A stretch of 64,000 nucleotides of DNA from Heterodontus francisci (lineage: Eukaryota). The DNA lies in contig NC_090417.1 in NCBI RefSeq assembly GCF_036365525.1, positions 2,342,832-2,406,831 on the forward strand. Reading direction: 5' to 3'. The position numbers and the translations under genes are program-made. Below, piece by piece: positions 1 to 12,023 of this stretch; the first letter of the stretch is position 1, and each line of letters begins with the position of its first letter. The notes under the pieces were generated by a model that saw only the letters and a program-made list of their open reading frames with translations, was not told where the DNA came from and searched no databases.

Positions 1-109
1 TCTGAATAGCAACATTTACTAAACTCTCACCTGTTTGGAAATATTGTGTTTTTCCATTCTTCTGAGCAAAGTGGATAATTTCACATTTCCTCACATTCTA
101 TTCCATCTG

Positions 110-770
110 TTACCTTCTTGCAGTGTTCAGCACCATTTGCAACTCCTCAGATAACAAAGCGGTCCATGTCCACAAGCATGAAGACCTGGACAACATCCAG
201 CTGATAAGTTTGAAGTAACATTTGTGCCACACAAGTGGCAGGTAATAACCACCTCCAACAAGAGAGAATCTATACACTTGCCCAGTAAATTCAAACACAT
301 TGCCATCGCTGAATCCCCCAGCATCAACATCCTGAGGGATGACTGTTGACCAGAAACTTAACTAGATCAGCCACATAAATACTGTGGCTACAAGAGCAGG
401 TCAGAGGCTGGGAATTCTGCAGCGAGTGGCTCACCACCTGATTCCCCAAAGCCTGTACATCTACAAGGCACAAGTCAGGAGTGTGATGGAATATTCTCCA
501 TTCATCTGGATGGGTGCTGGCTGCATCAATACTCAAGAAGCTCAACACCATCCAGGACAGTACAATCCAACTTAAACATTTGCTCCCTCCACCAATGTCG
601 CCACCATGTGCACTCGCATAGCAGCTCTTAAGGCTTCTCTGGCAGCGTCTCTCAAACCAGCTACCTCTGCTACCTAAAAGGACGAAGGCATCAGACGTAT
701 AAGAACACCATTACCTCCAAGTTCTTCTCCAAGCCACACACCATCCCGACATGGACAGACATGTGTTGTG
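110..770 (+). mobile_element. Degenerate 3' part of a CR1-group LINE (same family as 35518-36482)
   Basis: ORF 384-575 (ATRAGQRLGILQRV...KAQVRSVMEYSP) matches the RT C-terminal region of ORF 35503-36165; frameshifted. Confidence 0.8.
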
Positions 771-1362
771 CTCTGGGAGAAGTGCTGGTTCAATGAAAAT
801 TTAACTGGACATTCAAATAGCTCTGCCCATGGCAAACATTGCATAGCAATACAACATTTTTCCACAGGAAGAAATGTTAACAGGTGGGAATTGACATAAC
901 ACTTTTATAAGTGTCATTTCAGTGACACTGACAGGGCTATTGCTCAGAACATTCACTGCCAACACACAGCCTATGTTTTGCTCTTTGTGGGAGACATTTT
1001 ATATTGAGGGAAGCCTGAATCACAGGTCAAAAGTCTGATGGGGGGGGCTTTGGGCACAGGAAACACTGAACCCACTCCTAATGTACATAAATTACAAGCA
1101 CTTGGGGCAGTTTGTGACGTCTGCAAGTTGATTGCGCAAAAATGGAAATATACTTAAAAAGAATTTGGCTCCCACCCAGCAACTATGTAATGTCCTGACA
1201 CAATAGAACTTTACAGGAATGCTGAAAGTGAGACCCCAGCCACATCAGAGCTGGTTCACACTTTTGGGTCAGTCAAAGCCGTACTCACGAGGAACAGTCC
1301 TCACCTAGGTTTAAAAATGAGATGCCAAGTTTGCAAACTCAGTGGGCAAAAAGTAAGGATAC

Positions 1363-1700
1363 CTCTCCTTTCCTATCGAACCACTTGCTTTCTAAATTCA
1401 ATTAAACAGAAATGAACACGAAGAGTGATTTTTGGTGTTCTCTTCCTATGTGTGTACACAAAAAAATTATTTTATCGCATCTATTATGACACATAACCGA
1501 GATATTTACCCAAAATAGATTCAATAGAGGATAAATGAACGTTGTGTAAAGGTTTAACAAAACTTCCTGGCTTTTGTATTCTTGTAAACAGATCAACCCA
1601 TTATTTCCAGGTTAGAGAATTACCTGCCAGCTTGAGTTTATTATACTTAGATATCCTATTAAGGTCCATTGGTCACACAGAAATTCCTTCATTTTGCACT
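1363..1700 (-). other. Candidate exons 2-3 of an unidentified divergent gene
   Basis: Minus strand: ATG at 1669, MDLNRISKYNKLKLA, donor CAG|GTAATT at 1624; acceptor gaatttag| at 1391, in-frame ESKWFDRKGE, donor GAG|GTATCCTT at 1363. Peptide not recognised. Confidence 0.25.
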
Positions 1701-1769
1701 CTGTGCCTCAAATAATAAAGCCAAGGCGACTCTCTGCTTCCCTTCCAAGCTTATTAATAAGTCCTATCA

Positions 1770-2080
1770 CCTTTAAAAATTTGTGCTCCGTGTTCCTCCA
1801 ACTCTGGCCCTTGCATTTCTCTGATTTTAACTGCTCCACCATTGGCAGCCTGACCTTCGGCCATCTGTGTCTTAAATTCTGGAACTCCCTCCTTAAGCCC
1901 CTCCGCGCCCCTCTCTTCCTTTAAGATGCTCCTTGAAACCTACTCCTTGACTGAGCTTTTTGCCATCTGTCCTAATATCACCTTATGTGGCTTCATGTTT
2001 CATTTTCGTTTGTTAACGTGCTCGTGAAGCTCCTGCGGACGTTTTCTACATTAAAGGTGCTATATAAATGAAAGTGTGTT
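1770..2080 (+). mobile_element. L2-type LINE 3' end fragment
   Basis: Same 3' sequence (ctccaccattggc...ccttaaaacctac...aaggtgctatataaat) recurs at 39870-40290, 44700-45210 and 51200-51590. Confidence 0.7.
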
Positions 2081-2416
2081 GCTGGACCCCCGTTCCTTTT
2101 AAAACTCTCCCATTTTAGGTGTCATTTTATAACTTTTTACAAGTATTCCCCCTTCCCCCACCAGCTTATTGCTGCTGTGTACAGGCCCCACAGGGCTGGG
2201 TACTTCCTGGTCACACACGTCAGCAGGCAGAGGCCCTTTAAATCTGGGGGATACTGTAGGCAGACAAGCGGCCAAGGCCCCGGTGCTATCATTCCTTCTC
2301 CCCCGCCCCGCTTTCTTTCTTTCTGGTTGGGGCCTACCCCCTGCAGCCGAAGCCTCGGACTTTCCTGGAGCGGAGGTCCGCTTGCGCTCGCTCCCCACCA
2401 CCCCCAAAAGCCGTAC

Positions 2417-2725
2417 CTCGGCGTGAAGTTCCATTCGCGACGGTCCGACGGGGAAGGCTGGGGAGATGAAGAAGAGAAACCCGATGATCATCTTATCCAT
2501 GTATCGGTCGCGGCGACGCTCATTTAGTTCAAATTTCCGCTCGAGCCTCCAACGGCCATGGAGACCCCCCCTGCACCCGCCCACCGCGGCCCCGGATAGA
2601 CCGGGGCTCTCCCGGTCCCGCCACCCCATTGGCTAGCTCCGCTGTCAATCTGCGCCACTTTCGCCATCCCAGTTTCCCATTGGTTCACGTCGGGTCGCCC
2701 GGCCACGACTGGAGGTCGTGATTGG
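2417..2725 (-). promoter_or_regulatory. CpG-island promoter and putative first exon of a minus-strand gene (NF-Y CCAAT x3, GC boxes, CDE/CHR)
   Basis: ATTGG at 2628-2632, 2679-2683 and 2721-2725; CCCGCC boxes; minus-strand GAGCG-GAAA-TTTGAA at 2542-2528; donor GAG|GTACGG after 2417; high CpG density. Confidence 0.55.
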
Positions 2726-3439
2726 CTGGACACCATGTCCATCATCGCGGACAAAACTTTTCCGTCAGGCATGTGGAAAGTTTTCCGCAACTTTTTTTGT
2801 CCCCAGTTGAGGTGTCTCAAAGCATTCACCTTTTGTCAGGGCAGAGTCTGCAGAAGCTGGAACTCTATATACCGAGTTCTGAAAAAAAAAAAGCTTAGAG
2901 ACCTTGAAACTTTAACTGTAAAAGATCCCCCAGGCTAATTTTTATCCCTGAACCAACTTCTGGTCATTCATTTTATTATGGGTTGAGAAGCTGTACCCGG
3001 CAATGAGGAATGATATTCCCCACCCATTTTGTAGATGCTGTTTGACTTGCTGTGTATTTGCTGAGTTTGCCTCACCATGAACCCATGTTTGCGTTGTGCG
3101 ACACAATCTTATAATCCCAAATTGTTTTGGAGTCATTCATGTCTTTTAACATTTAGTTAGTGAATAGGAAATACTGACACTTCATTTTCGAGCTTTATAA
3201 CTGTTCTTAAAGTAGCTACAGGTTGCTACCCAGCTTACAAATTATGTTACATATTGGAATTGTATCTATGCTCTTGATAAGACTTTACAAATCCTCTTCA
3301 GTCATGAGCATTTAATGATTGGGGGAAAACAGTGCAACTTGCAAATGAATGTCGTAAAAATACACCGGTACAATTCTTCCAAGTTGCTTTATACTTTATA
3401 TTTCAACACAAGAATAACATTTATGCCAGGGAGGACAAT

Positions 3440-3588
3440 TAGAGCGCAACCGGAACCTTCGTGGCGAAGTTGTTTCCCGGTCGGACGTCGTTGCAAGTTG
3501 CAACAAAAATGGCGGCGGGTCGGTGATGGAAGTGGTTTGCAGCCGAATGTCTTGAGTGTTTTGTCTTAAACCGAGCGACTGGCGACAG
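3440..3588 (+). promoter_or_regulatory. atad1: ATAD1 core promoter and non-coding exon 1 (start approximate)
   Basis: CpG-rich; ETS-like CCGGAA near 3450; palindrome GTTGCAA-G-TTGCAAC 3490-3504; YY1 motif AAAATGGCGGC 3506-3516; strong donor CAG|GTAAGG at 3588/3589; the first coding exon has an acceptor just upstream of its ATG. Confidence 0.65.
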
Positions 3589-3736
3589 GTAAGGGCTGCA
3601 GGCGTTAAAAGAGACTTTTTTGTTGTTGTTGCTGCTGCTCTTCGTCCCCGGTCTGCTTCGCAGTGATATCTTCTTGTCTGTTCTAGTGAACGTCGAGGCA
3701 AGCGCGAGGAACACGACCTTATTTACCAATTAGCTT

Positions 3737-4212
3737 GCCGGACTGAACATTGAGTTCAATCATTTCAGAGCATAACGGGGCCCACTTTTTATTTTTAGTT
3801 TTTTATTTATTTTATTTTAGTATGTTTCTGCTGCGCCTACCCACTTTTTCATGTTTGTGCTTCGGGCCAGGGCTGTTCATTTTTCTGTCAGTTAACACAC
3901 TCTCTGCACTGACGCTTTGTCTTTCACCACACCGTTAACATACCGTTTGCCTTTGCTCCATGACCTTTTGGTCAGTTATTCTCTGTGACCTTGTCCTATC
4001 AACACCTCTTTTGTTGTGTCTTGCCCCACGCCCACTTTATTTGCTTAAAGCCTATTACAGTTCTAACATTTGCCAGTTCTGATGAAGGGTCACTGACCTG
4101 AAACGTTAACTCTGCTTCTCTCTCCACAGATGCTGCCAGACCTGCTGAGTATTTCCAGCGTTTCTTGTTTTTATTTCAGATTTCCAGCATCTGCACTATT
4201 TTGCTTTTATTA
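3737..4212 (+). mobile_element. 5'-truncated Penelope-like element (last codons of ORF plus 3' pLTR), related subfamily
   Basis: Starts gccggactgaacattgagttcaat, identical to the PLE ORF end at 20421-20444; ends with the same ...ttttgctttta tail as the left arm at 16943. Confidence 0.85.
4075..4111 (+). ncRNA. Minimal type I hammerhead ribozyme motif in PLE pLTR
   Basis: AGTT-CTGATGA-A-GGGTC-ACT-GACCT-GAAAC-GTT-AACT: intact CUGAUGA and GAAA core, stem II, palindromic ACGT stem III, 4-bp stem I. Confidence 0.7.
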
Positions 4213-4629
4213 TCTTGTTGCCTCCTGTTGGCTTCAACCAAGGAGCATGCACGGAGGGATCTGACGGCCGTTGGCCCTCTACGGGGACCATTCCCCCCCA
4301 CAAAGTTCTGCACATTGTGCAGTACAGGGACAACGGGGTGAGAAAGTGTTTACAAGTATATCAGAGTGAAAGAGAGGGGTTGAGCATTGTCGGTCCATTA
4401 AAGACCGACACAGAACTCTAGCCTGACAATTAAAGTTAGGTGACAATTTCTGATTTAAAAAGTAGTACCCTCTCCATGATGCTCCTATCCAAGTTATACT
4501 AATGTAATTAATTGTGACAGTTGTGTACTATCAATGGGAATTTTCATGAAAACCGAAATTTGAAAGCAGTGTGAAGTGAGAAAGAAGGGAGGGACTGGGT
4601 GAAGTGCTTTCACGTTAGGATAGAAAGTA

Positions 4630-7600
4630 AGTGTTCACTGAGGCATAGAATAAAGAGTGCATCGGATCATGGATGAACAGAGCTGGGCAAATTCATGGGA
4701 AGGAGAGTGCCAGTGAAATGGAGGGGTTGGATGCGAAGCCCCTCTCTGAACGAGTGGGTAATTGGATCGGTTATAGTGTCTCTGACCTGACAGGTGGTGG
4801 ACAATCCATACCACTATCAAAATAAAACTTTTCTTTTGCAACACCAGTATAAAATCGAGTATAATTTCTATGAAGTAATCATGAAGGAGTCTCTGCTCCA
4901 TTTCCTCCATATTGGAGGCAGCCAGCATCGACTGAGGTGCAGTTGTTTCATTGTTCGCGAGGAGCAGCACTCACGCAGGAACATGTGGGGATTCACTCGA
5001 AGTGGGAAATATAAAAGGTGGAATCACCAGGAGCATCCACATTCGCAGCTCTGTCCTTAAGTAACCGAGCTGGTCGCGTCCAGCAGAAGCTGCAGTGTGT
5101 GTCACTTTTCCTCCCCAGGCCTTTGATCACTTCAGGCATCCTTATTGTTTGGCACTGACCAGCCAGAGCTTTTAGGGGTGCTGTGCAGCTGTTTCCCCAG
5201 GTGTTAGAATTTGTGAGGAAGCTGGTTGTTACATGTGAGTTTGTTCTCCCAGTGTGACAAGCCATTGTTCTGCTTTATGCTCACTGCATCACGCCTAATT
5301 GGTGAATTCTACGTGTAGATCTGCATGTGACTTTACAACCTGCTTGAACGAGGTCTTCTGCAGGACTGTGGCACAAGAGCGCTTGTCATCCAAGATCTCG
5401 TTGTAGAAGATCAGTGCTTCAGTGTATTTCTTCATGGATAAGGAAGAGTGGAGCAGATGTTTTTCTCTGTGTTCTCCGACTCGATCTGATTATTGGTGTT
5501 ATTCACAAAACTCAGAACGGTACTTCGGGGATATGCTGCCCACATCTCCATGCGGCACCTTGTAATTTAACCCCCTGCAGGGTTAGGTGAAGCTGCCCAA
5601 TCCTATTACACACCTTGTCTGTTTACCATCAGAGCATGCATGTACCATCTCTCTCGACAGGTGACAAATAGTTACCGCTTTCTACGATGGTTCAATGTGC
5701 ACATAAGAACATAAGAAATAAGAGCTGAAGTAGGACATTCAGCCCCTCAAGCCTGCCCCGCCATTCAATAAGATCCTGGCTGATCTGTCCCAGACCTCAA
5801 CTTCTCTTTCGGGCCTGTTCCGCCTAACACTCGACTCCCTAAGATTTGAAAAATCTATCTACCTCCTCTTTAAATACATTCAGTGACCTAGCCTCCACAG
5901 CTCTCTGAGGTAGAGAATTCCAGAAATTCGCCACCCTCTGAGAGAAGAAATTCCTTCACATCTCAGTTTTCAATGTGTGCCCCTTTATTCTGTAATTATG
6001 TACCGAGTTCAAGATTCCCCCACTAGTCGAAACATCTTCTCAACATCTACCCTGTCAAGCCTCCTTAAAATCTTATATGTTTCTATAAGATCACCTCTCA
6101 TTCTTCTAAACTCCAATGAATAAAGGCCTAACCTGTTTAGCCGTTCTTGATAAGACAGCCCCATCATCCCAGGAATCAGCCTAGTGAACCTTTTCTGAAC
6201 TGCCTCCAATGCTAGTATATCCTTCTTTACATACGGGGACCAGAACTATGCAGTACTCCTGGTGTGGCCTCACCAACACCCTGTGCAGTTGTAACAGGAG
6301 TTCCCTATTTCTAAACTCTAACCCCCTAGCAATAAAGGCCAAAATTCCATTTGCCTTCCTAGTTACTGCCTGCACCTGCATGCTAACCTTTTGTGTTCCA
6401 TGTACACGAACACCCAGATCCCTCTGTACTGCAGTATTTTGTAGTCTTTCTCCAGCTAAATAATAATCTGCCTTTTATTCTTCCTACCAAAGTGGATGAC
6501 CTCACACTTTCCCACATTGAACACCATCTGCCAAGTTTTTGCCCACTCACTCAACCTATCTATGTCCCTTTGCAGATTCTTTGTGTCCTCATCACAACAT
6601 GCCTTCCCAACTATTTTTGTATCATCAGCAAATTTGGATACACTATACTCTGTCCCTTCCTCTAAGTCATTAATATAGATAGTAAATAGCTGAGGCTCTA
6701 GGACCGATCCTTGTGGCACCCCACTAGTTACGGCTTTCCAACCTGAAAAAGACCCATTTATCCTGACTTTCTGCCTTCTGTGTGTTAACCAATCCTCAAT
6801 CCATGCCAACACATTACCCCCAATACCCTGAGCTCCTATTTTGTGCAATAACCTTTGATGTGGCATCTTATCAAATGCCTTCTGAAAATCCAAATACACA
6901 ACATCTACTGGTTCACCTTTATCCACTCTGCTTGTTATATCCTCAAAGAACTCTAACAAATTTGTTAAACATAATTTCCCTTTCATAAAACCATGTTGAC
7001 TCTGTTTGATTGCATTATGTTTTTCTAAATGTTCTTCTATTTCTTCCTTAATAATCGACTCAAGCATTTTCCCAATGACTGACGTTAAGCAGTTTCCTGC
7101 TTTCTGCCTCCCTCCTTTCTTGAATAGGCGTGTCACATTAGTGGTTTTCCAATCCGCTGGTACCCTACCGAATCCAGTGAGTTTTGGTATATTATGTGTA
7201 GCTGCAGATGTTCCTCCTCATGTTCAATAGGACATGGAACTGGCACAGTAACAGTGACAGCTGGGAGGTGCTTGAATGCACTGATCTCATTTATGTCCTG
7301 ATCCATAATTGCCATCGTCACCCAAACAACAGGGGGTCCCATCATTTCAACAAACACTCCCAAGATTTCATCGCCCATTCTTGGCTACTTCATTCCTCAC
7401 CGTGGTGTAGAACACAGTCCTGCCAAGATTGTCCTGTACCATCACCTGATACTGAGGATAGCTCTACTTGGTGATCTTGTACATCCCATCAATAAACAGC
7501 TGCTTGGGAAAGGCCTTGAGGTGGGCTTTATGAATTGGATGTCCTTTGTTTGCAGGCCCACACACACTGCTGCCCAATTCTGTTCAATCTTTTCCAAAAT

Positions 7601-8300
7601 ATCTCAGAATGCATTGATCCTGCCACCTTTATATTTCTAATGCCATGCAGGGTTGCTACCTTATTGAATTGCCACTAAGTATTCTTCAGCTTGTTTGTTG
7701 GTTGAAGCTTGACCAGCTTCTCCACCTCACAAGACTTGTAGGAGTGGGTAAGCTGGAACGGCTGATCTGTTCACTGTTGGACACCTGGAGGGGGACTGAT
7801 TTATTGATGCTGGCTGATATGGATGATATAATGCCCATTGCTAGTAGACTGTCTGGTGATCTCAGAAGCTGCTCCCATTCTCACTGCTGAACTGCAGCGC
7901 TGCCGTAGGTGACCTTTAGTACTTGGCTCTGCATGAGCTGGGTGTGAAGGTTGTACTTTGGACTCAAGTGTAAGACCAGGCTGAGTGGCACAGCAGGGGA
8001 GTAACCAATTTGTATGTTGAAATCATCGTAACGTCGAACTCCAGGGATGTAAAAATAGCAAGGAATTGCTCCATTGTATTGACTGGAGTAGCCATCATAG
8101 ACTCCAGCACCTCTGGACAACTGCAAATTGATAAAAAGACATGCATCAAATGAAGGGAAACGGAATGCTCGTCAGAAACAGTGAGAGAGAGCCACCTAAA
8201 GGGAGGCACAACTTGCACCTGGTCATTCATTATTGGCTCTATGTTCATCTCTGTCAAGGCAATAAACTGGTTAGCGGCATTGAAGGCCATGGGCTTAAAG
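4630..8300 (-). pseudogene. Fossil Mutator-like (MULE/ZSWIM3-type) DDE transposase, interrupted by CR1
   Basis: Minus-strand translation gives KVATLHGIRNIK (~7630-7670), FPKQLFIDGMYKITK*SYPQYQVMVQDNLGRTVFY (FIDG 7496-7485), IMDQDINEISAF (7303-7295), LLCQFHV (7245-7234) and, beyond the CR1, MWAAYPRSTVLSFVNNTNNQIESEN (5497-5477); stops and frameshifts; outer ends uncertain. Confidence 0.75.
5702..7190 (-). mobile_element. CR1 LINE, 5'-truncated, RT region plus 3' tail
   Basis: ORF 6456-7136 ([23 protein letters not shown]); short-repeat tail cataagaacataagaa at 5702. Confidence 0.95.
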
Positions 8301-8487
8301 GGGCAGTGGCAGACAGTACTGCAGTGTGGTTAAGTATTGTACCCAGACTCTCCCTGACTTTCTGGCTGGAGTGAAGGGGAACAAACAATAGGGAATGAGG
8401 AATGGGATGGGGGAAAGCAACACAGACATCAATGTGTTCAAGAAGCACAGGATATGCATTGCCCAATGCTTCAAAATCCATCCAGCT

Positions 8488-11292
8488 TCATAGAACAGTA
8501 CAGGCCCTTCGGCCCACGATGTTGTGCCGACCCTTTAACCTACTCTAAGATCAAACTACCTACATACCCTTCATTCTACTATCATCCATGTACCTATCCA
8601 AGAGTCGCTTAAAAGTCCCTAATGTATCTGCTTCGACTACCACTGCTGGCAGTGCATTCCACGCACCCACCACTCTCTGTGTAAAGAACCTACCTCTGAC
8701 ATCTCCCCGAAACCTTCCTCCAATCACCTTAAAATTATGCCCCCTGATGATAGCCCTTTCCTCCCTGGGAGAAAGTCTCTGACTATCCACTCTATCTATG
8801 CCTCTCATCATCTTGTACACCTCTATCAAGTTACCTCGCATCCTGCTTCGTTCCAATGAGAAAAGCCCTCGCTCCCTCAACCTTTATTCATAAGACATGC
8901 CCTCCAGTCCAGGCAGCATCCTGGTAAATCTCCTCTGCACCCTCTCTAAAGCTTCCACATCCTTCCTATAATGAGGCGACCAGAACTGAACACAATATTC
9001 CAAGTGTGGTCTAACCAGGGCTTTATAGAGCTGCAGCGGCTCTTAAACTCAATCCCCCTGTTAATGAAAGCCAACACCCCATACGCCTTCTTAACAACCC
9101 TATCAACTTGGGTGGCAACTTTGAGGGATCTATGGACGTGGACCCCAAGATCCCTCTGTTCCTCCACACTGCCAAGAATCCTGTCTTTAAGCCTGTAATC
9201 TGCATTCAAATTCGACCTTCCAAAATGAATCACTTCACACTTTTCCAGGTTGAACTCCATCTGCCACTTCTCAGCCCAGCTCTGCATCCCGTCAATGTCC
9301 CGTTGCAACCTACAACAGCCCTCCACACTACCAACAACTCCAGCAGCCTTTGTGTCATCGGCAAACTTATTAACCTAGCCTTCCACTTCCTCATCCAAGT
9401 CATTTATAAAAATCACAAAGAGCAGAGGTCCCAGAACAGATCCCTGCGGAACACCACTGGTCACCGAGCTCCATGCTGAATACTTTCCATCTACTACCAC
9501 CCTCTGTCTCCTATGGGCCAGCCAATTCTGTATCCAGACAGCCAAATTTCCCTGTATCCCATGCCTCCTTACTTTCTGAATGAGCCTACCATGGGGAACC
9601 TTATCAAACGCCTTGCTAAAAGCCATATACACCACATCCACTGCTCTTCCTTCATCAATGTGTTTTGTCACATCCTCAAAGAATTCAATAAGGCTTGTGA
9701 GGCATGACCTGCCCCTCACAAAGCTATGCTGACTATCTAATCAAACTATGCTTTTCCAAATAATCATAAATCCTGTCTCTCAGAATCATCTCCAATAATT
9801 TTCCCACCACCGACGCAAGATTGACTGGTCTGTAATTCCCAGGGTTATCCCTATTCCCTTTCTTGAACAAGGGAATAACATTTGCCACCCTCCAATCATC
9901 TGGTACTACTCCAGTGGACAGCGAGGACGCAAAGATCATCGCCAAAGGCGCGGCAATCTCTTCTCTCGCTTCCCGTAATAACCTTGGGTATATCCCGTCT
10001 GGCCCCGGGGACTTATCTATCCTCATGTCTTTCAAAATTTCCAGCACATCCTCCTTCTTAACATCAACCTGTTCGAGCATATCAGCCTGTTTCACACTGT
10101 CTTCACAAACGACCAGGTCCCTCTCACTAGTGAATACTGAAGCAAAGTATTCATTAAGGACCTCCCCTACCTCCTCCGACTCCAGGCACAAGTTCCCTCC
10201 ACTATCCCTGATAGGCCCGACCCTCACTCTGGCCATCCTCTTGTTCCTCACAAAGTGTAGAATGCCTTGGGATTTTCCTTAATCCTACCCGCCAAGACTT
10301 TTTCATGTCCCCTTCTAGCTCTCCTAAGTCCATTCTTCAGTTCCTTCCTGGCTACCTTGTAACCCTCCAGAGCCCTGTCTGATCCTTGCTTCCTCAACAT
10401 TAAGTAAGCTTCCTTCTTCCTCTTGACTAGCTGTTCCACATCTCTTGTCATCCAAGGTTCCTTCACCCTACCATCCCTTCCTTGCCTCATTGGGACAAAC
10501 CTATCCAGCAGTCGCAGCAAGTGCTCCCTAAACAACCTCCACATTTCTGTCATGCATTTCCCTGAGACCATCTGTTCCCAATTTAAGCTGCCCAGTTCCT
10601 GCCTGATAGCATTGTAATTCTCCCTCCCCCAATTAAATATTTTCCCATCCCGTCTGCTCCTGTCCCTCTCCATGACTATAGTAAAGGTCAGGGAGTTGTG
10701 ATCACTATCACCGAAATGCTCTCCCACCGAGAGATCTGCCACCTGGCCTGGTTCGTTGCCAAGCACCAAGTCCAATATAGCCTCCCCTTTAGTCGGCCTA
10801 TCTACATATTCAGTCAGGAAACCTTCCCGGACACACCTGACAAAATCTGCTCCATCCAAACTATTTGCACTAAGGAGGTTCCAATCAATATTAGGGAAGT
10901 TGAAGTCACCCATGACAACAACCCTGTTACTTCTGCACCTTTCCAAAATCTGCCTCCCAATCTGTTCCTCCGTGTCTCTGTTGCTATTGGGGGGTCTATA
11001 GAAAACTCCCAATAAAGTGACTGCTCCTTTCCTGTTTCTGACTTCCACCCATACTGACTCAGTAGACAAACCCTCCTCGAAGACCTCCCTTTCTGCAGCT
11101 GTGATACTATCCCTGATTAGCAATGCCACTCCCCCACCTCTTTTACCTCCCTCCCTATTCCTTTTGAAACATCTAAACCCCGGAACATCCAACATCCCTT
11201 CCTGCCCCTGTGATATCCACATCTCCGTAATGGCCACAACATCGTAGCTCCAAGTACTGATCCATGCTCTACGTTCATCACCCTTATTTATG
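8488..11292 (-). mobile_element. CR1 LINE ORF2 (APE endonuclease plus RT), frameshifted
   Basis: ORFs 10248-11300 (YDVVAITE, VVMGDFNFP, SDHN), 9733-10251, 9375-9719 (PQGSVLGP), 8560-8880; 3' tail at 8488. Confidence 0.95.
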
Positions 11293-11779
11293 TTCCCCAA
11301 GACTCTCAGCTTGCTGGGCTAGTCATTCCACTGTCTCCCCACCCATCAAGTGCTGTGTAGTTTGGCAAGAGAATAGGAAAGGGCAGCTGGGGTGGTTGTT
11401 CGTTAGGAGAAAATGACGAGTGCCTCCTTGGGCTACTCAGAGGATGCCAAGAGAGACAGCGGTAAATGACCAATTTGCCTGTTTAAACTCCTGCATGTTT
11501 GTGTTGAAATCATCATAGCACTGAACTTGGGGATGTAAAAATGGCAAGGAATTCCTCCGTTGTGTTGACTGGAGTAGCCATTGTATCGTTCAGCACCTCG
11601 AAGAGAAAGTCAAGCCTCAGTACTTCCTGCTGTAAAATTGAGAGCTTTGTTAGATGACAGTATGAAAGGGTGTGGAACCAATGCAGGAAAGTCCAGGTGC
11701 AGACTCAGCAAGGATCTCATGTAGAGTAGCCAACTTGGGCGATACAGATCTGCCATGACCTTCTGTAAGGTTGAGCTGT

Positions 11780-12023
11780 GGGGTTGCCAACTCGCCAGGT
11801 TTGTTCTGGAGATTCCAGGAGTTAAAGGTTAATTTCCTAGACGCTGCTGCAAGCAAACTAGGAGAAAAATTATAAGGGCATTTCACAAATTGTGTGTTTC
11901 TTCACTTGCTTTGAACATTTTCCTGTATGAGTTGTAAAAATATTGGCAACTGTTAGCAGTTGAAGGTGGGAGGTCATGTGATAAAACCTCCAGGAATATG
12001 CCCTGCCAAAGTTGGCGACTCTA
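11780..12023. mobile_element. Non-autonomous hAT-like MITE with (TA)GGGTTGCCA-type terminal inverted repeats
   Basis: ggggttgccaact at 11780 and agttggcgactcta ending 12023. Confidence 0.5.

Noticed and set aside
1363-1669. Idea that the divergent gene is a PTEN paralogue (head-to-head position, U12-like donor)
   Set aside because: Peptide lacks the PTEN N-terminal VSRNKRRYQEDGFDLDL motif; no supporting exon in the window
2099-2629. 176-aa minus-strand ORF and overlapping ORFs in the CpG island
   Set aside because: Stop-poor GC-rich promoter sequence; spans promoter motifs and a donor site; no recognisable domain
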